From assembly GCA_963809885.1 (NCBI GenBank), contig CAWELA010000003.1, positions 130,625 to 194,624 on the forward strand: a DNA stretch of 64,000 bases. The letters are read 5' to 3'. Within the stretch, counting starts at the first letter, position 1, and each line of letters begins with the position of its first letter. Position numbers and translations under genes: made by a program. Under the pieces are notes generated by a model, which did no database searches, was not told where the DNA came from, and worked only from the letters and a program-made list of their open reading frames with translations. Origin of the DNA: an uncultured Acidimicrobiia bacterium. Its GTDB lineage: Bacteria > Actinomycetota > Acidimicrobiia > IMCC26256 > PALSA-555. Of the stretch, positions 48,193-59,373 are shown one piece after another.

Positions 48193-48898
48193 ATGAGCTA
48201 CCCGCAGAACCCCGATCCCACCATGCCGGTGCCCGAGCAGGGCCCACCGACTGGGCGGCGATCCCACGGTTCCGGTGCAGCCGGGCTCCGGCGAACCGAC
48301 GGTCCCGGTGCAGCCGGGGTACGGCGGCGCGGGAGGTGGTCCGGGTGGGCCCGAGGGCCCGGTCGGGGACGAGGAAGAGGACGAGAACAACCGCAAGCTC
48401 TGGCTGATCGCCCTGGGCGTCTTGATCTTCGGACTGATCATCGGCATCATCATCGCCCTGCTCGCCAGCGGCGGCGGGGGCGGGGGGACCGACACCACGT
48501 CGACCAGCAGCTCGAGCTCGACGACCAGCTCGAGCAGCACGACCTCGTCGTCGTCGACCTCAACCACTGCAGCCACCACGCCGGCCGGTCCGCAGATCAA
48601 CCAGTTCACGGTCAGTCAGAACCCCGTGAGCTGTCCGGGGACGGCCAACGTCGTCCTGACCTGGTCGACCCAGAACGCGCAGAGCGTCACGATCAGCATC
48701 GACAACCCGAACGGTCCCTACGGCACGTACGGGCCGTCGGGCCAGCAGCAGGTGCCGTTCGCGTGCGGAGCCGGGCCGAGCCCGACCCAGCACACCTACT
48801 ACCTGCAGGCGACGGGCGCGAACAATCAGAAGGCCAACAAGTCGCTCCAGGTCACGGGCAACTTCCCGCCGGCAACCACGACCTCGACCAGGACCTGA
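48193..48898 (+). pseudogene. single-pass membrane protein with a Pro-rich repeat N-terminus, Ser/Thr-rich linker and a C-terminal globular domain; one frame disruption
   Basis: ATG 48193: MSYPQNPDPTMPVPEQGPPTG. A shift lies near 48252. It continues GDPTVPVQPGSGEPTVPVQPGYGGAGGGPGGPEGPVGDEEEDENNRKLWLIALGVLIFGLIIGIIIALLASGGGGGGTDTTSTSSSSSTTSSSSTTSSSSTSTTAATTPAGPQINQFTVSQNPVSCPG...VPFACGAG... (ORF 48275..48898). Confidence 0.55.
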
Positions 48899-49003
48899 TC
48901 CCGGCGGACCCCATGTCGACATCCTGGGTTACCAGCGGGTAACATAGCGGGATCGGCCGGTCTCCCCGTGACCGGCCGGCCCCGCATCCCCCAGGAGGCA
49001 GCC

Positions 49004-50219
49004 GTGTCGGACTTCTCGCTCGAGCTCAACGAGGACCAGCTCCAGATCCAGAAGTGGGTCCACGACTTCGCGGAGAACGTCATCCGCCCCGCCGCCCACG
49101 AGTGGGACGAGCGGGAGGAGACCCCGTGGCCGATCATCGAGGAGGCGGCCAAGGTCGGCCTGTACTCCCTCGAGTTCTTCGCCAACGCGACCGCCGATCC
49201 CGCCGGTCTGATGCTCGCCCTCGCGCTCGAGGAGCTCGCGTGGGGCGACGCGGGCATCGGCCTCGCCATCGTCGGCAGCACCCTCGCCGTCACGGGGATC
49301 ATGGCCAACGGCACGCCCGAGCAGTGGGGCGAGTGGCTGCCGCAGTGCTTCGGCACACCCGAGAAGATCGCGCTCGGCGCGTTCGCGGTGAGCGAGCCCG
49401 ACGCCGGCAGCGACGTCAGCAACCTCCGCACGCGTGCCGTCTACGACGAGGCCAAGGACGAGTGGGTCCTCAACGGCACCAAGACGTGGATCACGAACGG
49501 CGGCATCGCTGACGTGCACGTCGTCGTCGCGGCCGTCGATCCCGAGCTCAAGGCGCGCGGGCAGGCGAGCTTCGTGATCGGACCGAACACGAAGGGCCTC
49601 AGCCAGGGGCAGAAGTTCAAGAAGCACGGCATCCGCGCGAGCCACACCGCCGAAGTCATCCTCGACGACGTGCGCATTCCGGGCTCCCAGCTGCTCGGTG
49701 GCAAGGAGAAGCTCGACGCCCGCCTCGCTCGCGCCAAGGAGGGCCAGGCGACCAAGACGCAGGCCGCCATGGCCACCTTCGAGGCCAGCCGCCCGCTCGT
49801 CGGCGCGCAGGCGATCGGCATCGCCACGAGCCGCGTACGAGTACTCGCTCGACTACGCCAAGGAGCGAAAGGCGTTCGGCAGGGCGATCATCGAGAACCA
49901 GGGGATCGCGTTCAAGCTCGCCGACATGCACATGGAGATCGACGCGGCGCGGCTGCTCGTGTGGCGCGCGTGCTGGATGGCCGCGAACAAGAAGCCGTTC
50001 ACCGCAGGCGAGGGCTCGATGAGCAAGCTCAAGGCCGGCGAGGTCGCGGTCAAGGTCACCGAGGAGGCGATCCAGATCCTCGGCGGCTATGGCTACACGC
50101 GCGAGTACCCGGTCGAGCGTTGGCACCGCGACTCGAAGATCTACACGATCTTCGAGGGCACCTCCGAGATCCAGCGACTGGTCATGGCGCGCGCCATCTC
50201 CGGCGTCCACATCCTGTAG
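49004..50219 (+). pseudogene. acyl-CoA dehydrogenase, one frame disruption
   Basis: CAGGAGG lies 5 nt before GTG 49004: VSDFSLELNEDQLQIQKWVHDFAENVIRPAAHEWDEREETPW...FAVSEPDAGSDVSNLRTRA...WVLNGTKTWITNGGIADVHVV...AQAIGIA. A shift lies near 49822. It continues [34 protein letters not shown]...[37 protein letters not shown] (ORF 49698..50219). Confidence 0.85.
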
Positions 50220-50231
50220 TCCGGTCCCGCC

Positions 50232-51287
50232 TCACGCCGGGTAGACGCGCACGTCGGTGGCCTTGATCGCGCTCCACAGGCGCACGCCCGGCTCGATCGC
50301 CAGCTCGTCCGCGGCAGCGGTGGTGATCTCGGCCACGACCTGCACCGGACCGTCGAGGCGCACCCGTACCCGGTCGGCGAGGACGTCGAGATCCGTGACC
50401 GTGCCCTGCCAGCGGTTGCGAGGGCTGCCATCCGGCTCCGCTCGGTAGAGGGCCACCGCGCGTGGGTTCACCGCGGCGAAGACGCTCCCGCTCAGGTGCG
50501 AGTCGCCGGTCTCGAGCACGCCGCTTCCGCTGATCGCGATCGCCCCTCGGACCGCGTCGCCGCGGTACAGATTCAGGCCGACGAGCTCCGCGACGTACTC
50601 GGACCTGGGGTGGGCACTCACCTCGCTGACCGTCCCCGTCTGCGAGACGCGCCCGTCCTCGACGACGATGAGCCGGTCGGCGAGCGTCGCCGCGTCGACG
50701 GGGTCGTGGGTCACGAGCAGGCGGACGCCTGCGAACTCGTCGAGATGTCGCCGCAGCTCGCGCCGAACCTCGGCGCGGGTGCCCGCGTCCAGGGCCGCGA
50801 GCGGTTCGTCGAGGAGGAGCAGCCGCGGGTTCGGCGCGAGCGCGCGGGCGAGCGCGACGCGTTGCGCCTGCCCCCCGGAGAGTCGAGCCGGCTTGCTGCC
50901 CGCGTGATCCGCCAGACCGACGCGTCCCAGCCACTCCTGCGCGCGCCGACGCGCCTCGCGCTTCGCGGTGCCCCGGTTGCGGAGCCCGAATGCGACGTTG
51001 TCGCGGGCGCTCAGGTACGGGAACAGCAGATAGTCCTGGAAGACGACGCCGATCGGTCGTCGCTCGGGGACGACGAACGTACTGGTCGCGGGGTCGTCGA
51101 GTGGCTCGCCGTCGAGCTCGACGCGGCCGTCGCCGAGGCGGAGCAAGCCGGCGAGGATCCGCAGGATCGTCGTCTTGCCGGCACCGTTGGGCCCGATGAT
51201 CGCTACAACCTCCTCGGGTGCAGCGTGCAGCTCGACGTCGAGATCGAGGTCGCCGAGCCGAGTGCGCAGGTGCGCGTCGAGGCTCAT
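50232..51287 (-). CDS. modC: molybdate ABC transporter ATP-binding protein with C-terminal TOBE domain
   Basis: ATG 51287 forms an ATGA overlap with the modB stop: MSLDAHLRTRLGDLDLDVELHAAPEEVVAIIGPNGAGKTTILRILAG (Walker A)...LSGGQAQRVALARAL...LLLLDEPLAALD..., with a C-terminal TOBE-like region ...RNRWQGTVTDLDVLADRVRVRLDG. Intact. Confidence 0.85.
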   Translation of the reverse strand: MSLDAHLRTRLGDLDLDVELHAAPEEVVAIIGPNGAGKTTILRILAGLLRLGDGRVELDGEPLDDPATSTFVVPERRPIGVVFQDYLLFPYLSARDNVAFGLRNRGTAKREARRRAQEWLGRVGLADHAGSKPARLSGGQAQRVALARALAPNPRLLLLDEPLAALDAGTRAEVRRELRRHLDEFAGVRLLVTHDPVDAATLADRLIVVEDGRVSQTGTVSEVSAHPRSEYVAELVGLNLYRGDAVRGAIAISGSGVLETGDSHLSGSVFAAVNPRAVALYRAEPDGSPRNRWQGTVTDLDVLADRVRVRLDGPVQVVAEITTAAADELAIEPGVRLWSAIKATDVRVYPA

Positions 51288-52090
51288 GCCGCGGCCGAAG
51301 GGAACCAGCGGTCCCGCAGGCTGACCAGCACCACGATCGCGATCGCGACCATCACGAGGCTGAGTGCGATCGCGCCCTCGGGTCGTGACTCGAGCGCGAG
51401 GTACACGGCGAGCGGCATCGTCTGGGTGCGTCCCTGGATGTTTCCGGCGAACGTGATCGTCGCACCGAACTCGCCCAGCGCACGTGCCCACGCGAGCGCC
51501 GCGCCGGCGGCGAGCGACGGCGCGACGAACGGGAGCGTCACGCGGCGAAACGTCGTCCAGCGCCCGGCCCCGAGCGTGGCGGCGGCTTCCTCGTATCGGG
51601 TGTCGACAGACCGGAGACCCGCTTCCACCGTGATGACGAGGAACGGCATCGCCACGAACGTCTCGGCCAGGATCGCCCCCGAGGTGTGGAACGTGAACTG
51701 GATCCCGAGCCAGTCGTAGAGCTGCTCCCCGACGAGCCCGGAACGTCCGAACGCGAACAGCAGCGCCACGCCGCCGACGACCGGTGGCAAGATCATCGGG
51801 AGCAGCACGAGGGCACGCACGAGCGGCCGGCCGACGAAGTCGACGCGGGCGAGCAGCCACGCGAGGGGGACACCGAGGACGATCGACAGTGCGGTCGCCC
51901 ACAACGAGCAGACGAGTGAGAGGCGCAACGCATCGCGCGACTGCTGGGACGACAGGTCGGCCCACACCTGCGACCACGGCGTTCGTTGGAGCAGGCCCAG
52001 CAGCGGGAGCGCGAAGAGTGCCACCGCGACCGAAGCGAAGAGGACGACGAGCAGCGGCGCACGCCGCCCCGTCCGAGGTGACGGAGCCAT
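51284..52090 (-). CDS. modB: molybdate ABC transporter permease
   Basis: ATG 52090 (the ORF opens at 52168, but modA ends at 52113): MAPSPRTGRRAPLLVVLFASVAVALF...ILPPVVGGVALLFAFGRSG...EEAAATLGAGRWTTFRRVTLP (EAA loop). Intact. Confidence 0.85.
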   Translation of the reverse strand: MAPSPRTGRRAPLLVVLFASVAVALFALPLLGLLQRTPWSQVWADLSSQQSRDALRLSLVCSLWATALSIVLGVPLAWLLARVDFVGRPLVRALVLLPMILPPVVGGVALLFAFGRSGLVGEQLYDWLGIQFTFHTSGAILAETFVAMPFLVITVEAGLRSVDTRYEEAAATLGAGRWTTFRRVTLPFVAPSLAAGAALAWARALGEFGATITFAGNIQGRTQTMPLAVYLALESRPEGAIALSLVMVAIAIVVLVSLRDRWFPSAAA

Positions 52091-52112
52091 CACCGGGCGA
52101 CCGGCTTCGGCA

Positions 52113-52895
52113 TCACGGGGCAAGGAAGCCGTACCTCCCGAGGACCTTCCGACCGGCAGGAGACGCAACGTACCTGGCGAATGCCTTCGCGGTCGTGGGC
52201 TTCGCCGCGTCGGCCAGTGGTGCGATCGAGTAGACCGCGATCTCGTTCTGCGCGTCCGGGATCTTCACGCCGGTGACTCTCGAGCCGGCGGACTTCACAT
52301 CGGTCACGTAGACGACGGCAGCGTCGGCGTCACCGGTCGAGACCGCGGTGAGGGTCGCCTTCGCGTTGGCGGCTCGCGTGATGTGCTCGGCGGGGATCGT
52401 CGTGCCGGCAGCGGCGAGGGCGGCGCCGGCGTACTTGCCGCAGGGCACCTCGGGAGCACAGAGGGCGACGACACCGGCCGTCTCGAGGTCGGCGAGCGAC
52501 CGGACCTTGCCCGGGTTGCCGGGCTTCACCGCGATCGCGAGCTCGTTCGCGGCGAAGTCGACCGGCTTCGCCCTGGTCTGCCCACCGTCGACGAGCTCGG
52601 CCATGTTGGATCGATCGGCAGACGCGAACACGTCCACCGGCGCGCCGCTCCGGACCTGGAGCACCAGCGCGGAAGAGGCATCGAAGTTGAACGTGACGTC
52701 GGTGCCCGGGTACTTCCGCTCGAACTGCGTACCGATCCGGGTGAAGGCCTCGGTGAGGGACGAGGCGGCCGACACGGTGATCTCACCGGTGGGCTTCGCT
52801 GCCGCAGGGGCCGAAGCCGATGCCGGAACCACGACCAGTGCCACGGCGGCGAGCGCGACGGCGACGAGGACGGTGCATCGGAACCTGGTCCGCAC
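52113..52895 (-). CDS. modA: molybdate ABC transporter substrate-binding protein
   Basis: GGAGG lies 5 nt before GTG 52895. The sequence has a signal peptide, then ...ITVSAASSLTEAFTRIGTQFERKYPGTDVTFNFDASSALVLQVRSGAPVDVFASAD...YSIAPL. Intact 260 aa. Confidence 0.85.
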   Translation of the reverse strand: MRTRFRCTVLVAVALAAVALVVVPASASAPAAAKPTGEITVSAASSLTEAFTRIGTQFERKYPGTDVTFNFDASSALVLQVRSGAPVDVFASADRSNMAELVDGGQTRAKPVDFAANELAIAVKPGNPGKVRSLADLETAGVVALCAPEVPCGKYAGAALAAAGTTIPAEHITRAANAKATLTAVSTGDADAAVVYVTDVKSAGSRVTGVKIPDAQNEIAVYSIAPLADAAKPTTAKAFARYVASPAGRKVLGRYGFLAP

Positions 52896-52916
52896 GAATA
52901 CCTCCGGCCACGCGAG

Positions 52917-52933
52917 TAGTCTGCCTGAGACTA
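52917..52933. promoter_or_regulatory. candidate operator palindrome in the modA / padR divergent intergenic region
   Basis: TAGTCT-gcctg-AGACTA is a perfect 6-bp inverted repeat in a locally AT-richer patch, 22 nt upstream of the modA GTG and 69 nt upstream of the padR ATG. Confidence 0.35.
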
Positions 52934-53001
52934 TTCGCTACCGCCCCCGCGGTGTCGCTGACTGTGGAAGGGTCCGGCCGGTGCCATCCAGGACGCCGAC
53001 G

Positions 53002-53541
53002 ATGCTCTCGTTGACCGACTGGGTGGTCCTCGGCGTGCTCGCCGAGGAGCCCCGTCACGGCTTCGCGGTCGCGAAGGAGCTGGAGCGCGGCGCCGAGCTG
53101 GGCGAGCTCTGGACCGTCCGGCGGCCGCTCGTCTACCGGTCGATCGAGCACCTCCTCGAGGCCGGCCTGGTCGAGCCCCGGTCGGTGGAGCCCGGCGCCC
53201 AGGGGCCGCACCGCACCGTCATCGCCCCGACCCGCGCCGGCCGCGCGCGACTTCGCCGCTGGCTCGAGCAGCCCGTCGAGCACCCCCGTGACGTGCGTGC
53301 GGTGCTGCTCGTGAAGCTCGCGCTCCTCGCCCGACGCGGTGCACCGCTCTCGCCGCTCGCCCGTCGGCAGCTCGACGCCTTCGCGGACGTCCACGAGGGG
53401 CTCGGTCGCCGCGGCACGCCGACGAGTCCGGTCGCCGGCCTGGCGGTCGCTTGGCGGGTGCAGGCGAACGAGGCGATCCAACGCTTCCTCGAGCACGTCG
53501 TACGTGACGAGGCCGTGGTGCTTCGGGACGGCCGACGGTGA
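53002..53541 (+). CDS. PadR family transcriptional regulator
   Basis: ATG 53002: MLSLTDWVVLGVLAEEPRHGFAVAKELERGAELGELWTVRRPLVYRSIEHLLEAGLVE (winged-helix PadR signature). Intact. Confidence 0.85.
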   Translation: MLSLTDWVVLGVLAEEPRHGFAVAKELERGAELGELWTVRRPLVYRSIEHLLEAGLVEPRSVEPGAQGPHRTVIAPTRAGRARLRRWLEQPVEHPRDVRAVLLVKLALLARRGAPLSPLARRQLDAFADVHEGLGRRGTPTSPVAGLAVAWRVQANEAIQRFLEHVVRDEAVVLRDGRR

Positions 53542-54137
53542 GCGACGACGCACTCGAGCGGAGCCAGGCGTTCTTCGGCCCCCGTGCCGCCTCCTGGGAC
53601 GATCGCTTCCCCGACGACGACGCGGCGTTCGCACGGGCCGCGCACGAGCTCGGCGCGGCAGATGGTGAACGGGTGCTCGACGTCGGCTGCGGGACGGGCC
53701 GGGCGCTGCACGCGCTGCGCGACGCGGTGGGCGTCGACGGTGTCGTCATCGGCGTCGACGCGACGGTCGAGATGCTCGCCACGGCGCGTCGGAAGGATCG
53801 TCATCGTTCCGGGATCCTCGTCCTCGCCGACGCACGATCGGTTCCGCTCGCCGATGCATCGATCGACGCGATCTTCGCGGCCGGATTGATCACCCACGTC
53901 GAGGATCCCGTCGCGACGCTCCGGGAGCTTGCACGCGTCACCCGACCGGCGGGCCGGCTCGCGCTGTTCCATCCGATCGGTCGTGCCGCGCTCGCCGAAC
54001 GGCACGGGCGGGCGCTCCGACCCGACGAGCTGCTGGACCCGACCGTGCTCCCCGGGGTGCTCGCGAGCGCAGGATGGGACGCACCACGGATCGAGGACGC
54101 TCACGATCGCTACTGGGCGGTCGCGGCGAAGGCCTGA
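53538..54137 (+). CDS. class I SAM-dependent methyltransferase
   Basis: GTG 53538 forms a GTGA overlap with the padR stop: ...ERVLDVGCGTGRALHAL (motif I) ...VIGVDATVEML...ASIDAIFAAGLITHVEDP...RPAGRLALF. Intact. Confidence 0.8.
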   Translation: MSDDALERSQAFFGPRAASWDDRFPDDDAAFARAAHELGAADGERVLDVGCGTGRALHALRDAVGVDGVVIGVDATVEMLATARRKDRHRSGILVLADARSVPLADASIDAIFAAGLITHVEDPVATLRELARVTRPAGRLALFHPIGRAALAERHGRALRPDELLDPTVLPGVLASAGWDAPRIEDAHDRYWAVAAKA

Positions 54138-54151
54138 GTACGCTCGCGGAC

Positions 54152-54520
54152 GTGAGCGTCCCGGTCGCCCTGGATCGTCTGCGTGACGAGATCGCCGGCT
54201 TCAGCTCTGCGCCCTACCTGCTCACCGTCTCCGGCGACGGGCGCCCACACTGCGTCTCGGTCGCGATCGAGTGGCGGGGCGACGAGCTCGCCATGGGCGC
54301 GGGGAACCGCACGAGGGCCAACGCCACGACGCGCCGGTCGGTGAGCCTCCTCTGGCCGGCGAACGGGCCCGGGGGCTACTCGCTGATCGTCGACGGAACC
54401 GTCACCTCGTCCGGCGGGGACGGCGTCGACGACGTCGTCATCGTGCAACCGACGGGTGCGGTCCTGCATCGTCCGGCCGCGGGCGGTGGCTCGGACTGCG
54501 CTCCGGTGCTCCGGACGTGA
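54152..54520 (+). CDS. small pyridoxamine-5'-phosphate-oxidase-like (split-barrel flavin/deazaflavin-binding fold) protein
   Basis: GTG 54152 inside ORF 54074..54520: VSVPVALDRLRDEIAGFSSAPYLLTVSGDGRPHCVSVAIEWRGDELAMGAGNRTRANATTRRSVSLLWPANGPGGYSLIVDGT. The assignment is by overall pattern only. Confidence 0.45.
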   Translation: MSVPVALDRLRDEIAGFSSAPYLLTVSGDGRPHCVSVAIEWRGDELAMGAGNRTRANATTRRSVSLLWPANGPGGYSLIVDGTVTSSGGDGVDDVVIVQPTGAVLHRPAAGGGSDCAPVLRT

Positions 54521-54608
54521 CCGAGCGCCGCGGTCACTCCTCGGCGAACCTTCCGGCGGGGACGGCGTCGACGACTTCGTGGAGAACGCGGCGCGCTGCC
54601 CGGGCGAC

Positions 54609-55807
54609 TCAGGTCCGGTAGCGCCAGGCGACGTGTGCCTGGCGCCGGGTGATCTCCCGCGTGCGCTCCTCGGGGTCGACCCGGGCCGTGTCAGCCGGGA
54701 GCAGCGTGTCGAGCTCCGAGAGCTTCACGACGCGCGCCGTCGCCGTCGGCGTCGAGCGGGTCTTGATCCACCGGTAGGTGAACATCGCCTCGCGACGGCC
54801 CTCGGTGTCGATCCAGTTCGCGACGCCAGGGTCGCGGTGCGCGACGACGAGTCGGATGCGTCCGTCCCCATCGACCACGGTCTGGGTGTGGTTGCGGCTC
54901 GTCACGCGGTTCGGGAAGTCGAGCGTCTCGAACCACGCCAGGCTGTAGAGCTGGAAGTCGAACGCGTCGGCGTCGGGTGCATCCGTCTCCACGAGCCACG
55001 CCTCGTCGTCGGCCAGGTCGAAGAATCCGAACCCGTAGACGATGCGACTCGACCCGCCTGCGCTCGCGCCCGGCGCACTCAGGACGTTCGTGCCGATCCG
55101 TGCCCGTTGCTCCTCGATCCACTCGTTCCAGTAGACGATCGAGTGCTCGAGCATCGTGGCCGCGGCGTCGAGCATCTCGCCGACCCGCGCGGGCTCGAGC
55201 GAGGTGGTCGCGGTGCCCGCGGTGTCGACCCGCTGGATGGTGAGCAGGGCAGGAGGGAGCGGACGCCAGTCGAAGTAGTACTCCCGGATGTTGCACATCG
55301 TCGCTCCTGCGGGGAGCTCGACCCAGTGGTCGCCGGGGCGCCGGTCGCGCTCATGGGCGCAGACCGCGATCGCGAGCTCCTCGCCCGCGCGCACGCCGAG
55401 CTCTGACGCGGTCACCTCGGTGAGGATCCCGTAGCGACCTTCGTGCATGTCGCCGTCCTTGAGCGTGAGGATGAAGTCCTCGCACGCGCCCATGTGGCCG
55501 GAGATCCGGTAGACCCCGCCGGGTGCGAGGCGGGCGCGCCGAGTCGTCTGGTCGACGCTCGGTCCACCCCATCGGACGACCAGGTCGTTCTGACGGAAGA
55601 ACGCCGGATGCTCGTCGTCGGCGTACCCGACAGCCCAGCTCAGCCAGGTGACCGTCTGGGTCGCGAGGTGGCGGAAGCCCTCGGCACGGGCGTGCGGCGA
55701 CGTCGGGAAGTCGGGTTCGAGGATGCGGTCCCCGAGTGCCGCGAGCCGTTCGCAGAACGCCCGCCAGGCGTCCCCGCTGACGACCGGGTCGTCGGTGGCG
55801 CCGTCGC

Positions 55808-55811
<4 letters not shown>
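54609..55811 (-). CDS. DUF1214-type domain protein (function unknown)
   Basis: Intact 400-aa ORF whose ATG overlaps the sulfotransferase stop (ATGA at 55808-55811). It contains ...NIREYYFDWRP...YSLAWFETLDFPNRVTSRNHTQTVVDGDGRIRLVVAHRDPGVANWIDTEGRREAMFTYRW. The family call is from memory of this C-terminal pattern. Confidence 0.5.
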
Positions 55812-58112
<2,301 letters not shown>

Positions 58113-58140
58113 CGACGAGACGTCCTGAACACCCGGTGCG

Positions 58141-59304
58141 TCAGGCCGCCGCCTTGCCGGGTGGGGCTCGGAGGCTCCAGGTGCCGTCGTGGTGGTCCTC
58201 GATCGCGTCGCTGCGGTGCGTGACGAGGTCGTGGTGTCGAGGGCAGAGGTTGCCGAGCTCGTGGTAGGTGGTGCGGTGGCTCTTGGCATAGTCGAGGGTG
58301 TGATGCCGTTCGAGCATGTGCGTCGCGTCGCAGCCCCGCACCTTGCACCGCTGGTCGCGCTCATGGACGGCGATCTTCAGGGCGGTGGGGACGTTGCGTG
58401 TGCTGCTGACGACGGTCTGGACGTCGACACCGTCGGTGATCACGAGCTGGAGCAGGCCGTGGGAAAGCACCTGCTCGGCATGGGCGACGGGGACCGGCCC
58501 CACGCCGGGGATCTCGCAGATCTCGCCGGGCTCGGTGCGGCCGCGGAGGAGGGCCGGTAGGTCGACGCGGACACGGACAGCCTGCGGTCGGGGCTTTGAC
58601 GCGTTGCCCGCTCCCGACTGGGCAAGGGCGACCATGGCGTCGAAGCGATAGGCCTCGGCCTGCTCGTGCTCACCGGCGAGGCGGGCTTCGTCGATGCGCT
58701 TGCGGGCGAGGGGCTCGAGGGCGTCGAGGATCTGGGCGATGTCCTCCGTGGGACCCGAGAACTGGCCGCGGGTCGCGAACCCGTCGGTCCAGGTACGCAG
58801 GTGCCGCTCGGCCCGAGCCTTGCGACGTGCCTCGAGCTCGTCGGTCGCGGCGGCGATCACGCGTTCCTTCTCGTGGCGCAGCTCGCGCATGCCGGCGCGC
58901 CGTGCGGTGGCCAGCAGCCGTCGCTCGGCGGAGGGATCGGCCGCGGCGCCGGCGGCGACCTGGGCGGCTTGCTGCAGCGAGAGCTCCCCAAATCGGACCT
59001 GCTGTGCCGTGGTCGGAAGCTCGGTGAGCCGTTCGGCAGTCGCGAACACCTCACGAGCTGCGGCCTCGGAGCACCCGGAGGTCTGCGCGAGCCACTGCTC
59101 CTGCGATGCCGCGTGCGACCGGCGGCTCCACGACCCCGTCTCGGCGGCGCGGCGCGCGAACAGCATCTTGATCGAGCCGGCCAGGCGCTCGGCCCGGGCG
59201 GCCACCTCGGTGCACCGGGCCGCGTCGGCACCCGAGTAGCACCCCGGCTCCAGGCCGCGGGCGAACTCGTCGAGGGCGTCGGCGATGCGCTCGATCTCGG
59301 ACAT
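58141..59304 (-). CDS. DUF222 + HNH endonuclease protein (13E12-repeat-type)
   Basis: ATG 59304 inside ORF 58141..59355: MSEIERIADALDEFARGLEPGCYSGADAARC...LELPTT-type DUF222 N-region...; the C-terminus reads ALKIAVHERDQRCKVRGCDATHMLERHHTLDYAKSHRTTYHELGNLCPRHHDLVTH (HNH with a Cys/His zinc site). Intact. Confidence 0.8.
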   Translation of the reverse strand: MSEIERIADALDEFARGLEPGCYSGADAARCTEVAARAERLAGSIKMLFARRAAETGSWSRRSHAASQEQWLAQTSGCSEAAAREVFATAERLTELPTTAQQVRFGELSLQQAAQVAAGAAADPSAERRLLATARRAGMRELRHEKERVIAAATDELEARRKARAERHLRTWTDGFATRGQFSGPTEDIAQILDALEPLARKRIDEARLAGEHEQAEAYRFDAMVALAQSGAGNASKPRPQAVRVRVDLPALLRGRTEPGEICEIPGVGPVPVAHAEQVLSHGLLQLVITDGVDVQTVVSSTRNVPTALKIAVHERDQRCKVRGCDATHMLERHHTLDYAKSHRTTYHELGNLCPRHHDLVTHRSDAIEDHHDGTWSLRAPPGKAAA

Positions 59305-59373
59305 GCCATGACCTTGGCAGTGGGGTGTGACGCCTACGAAACTCTTGTGGCACAAGGGATTCCGGCGAAGCGG

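Noticed and set aside
1-49900. Programmed ribosomal frameshifting as the explanation for the frame changes
   Set aside because: There are about 60 events in 28 unrelated genes, in both +1 and -1 directions, with no shared slippery heptamer or downstream structure.
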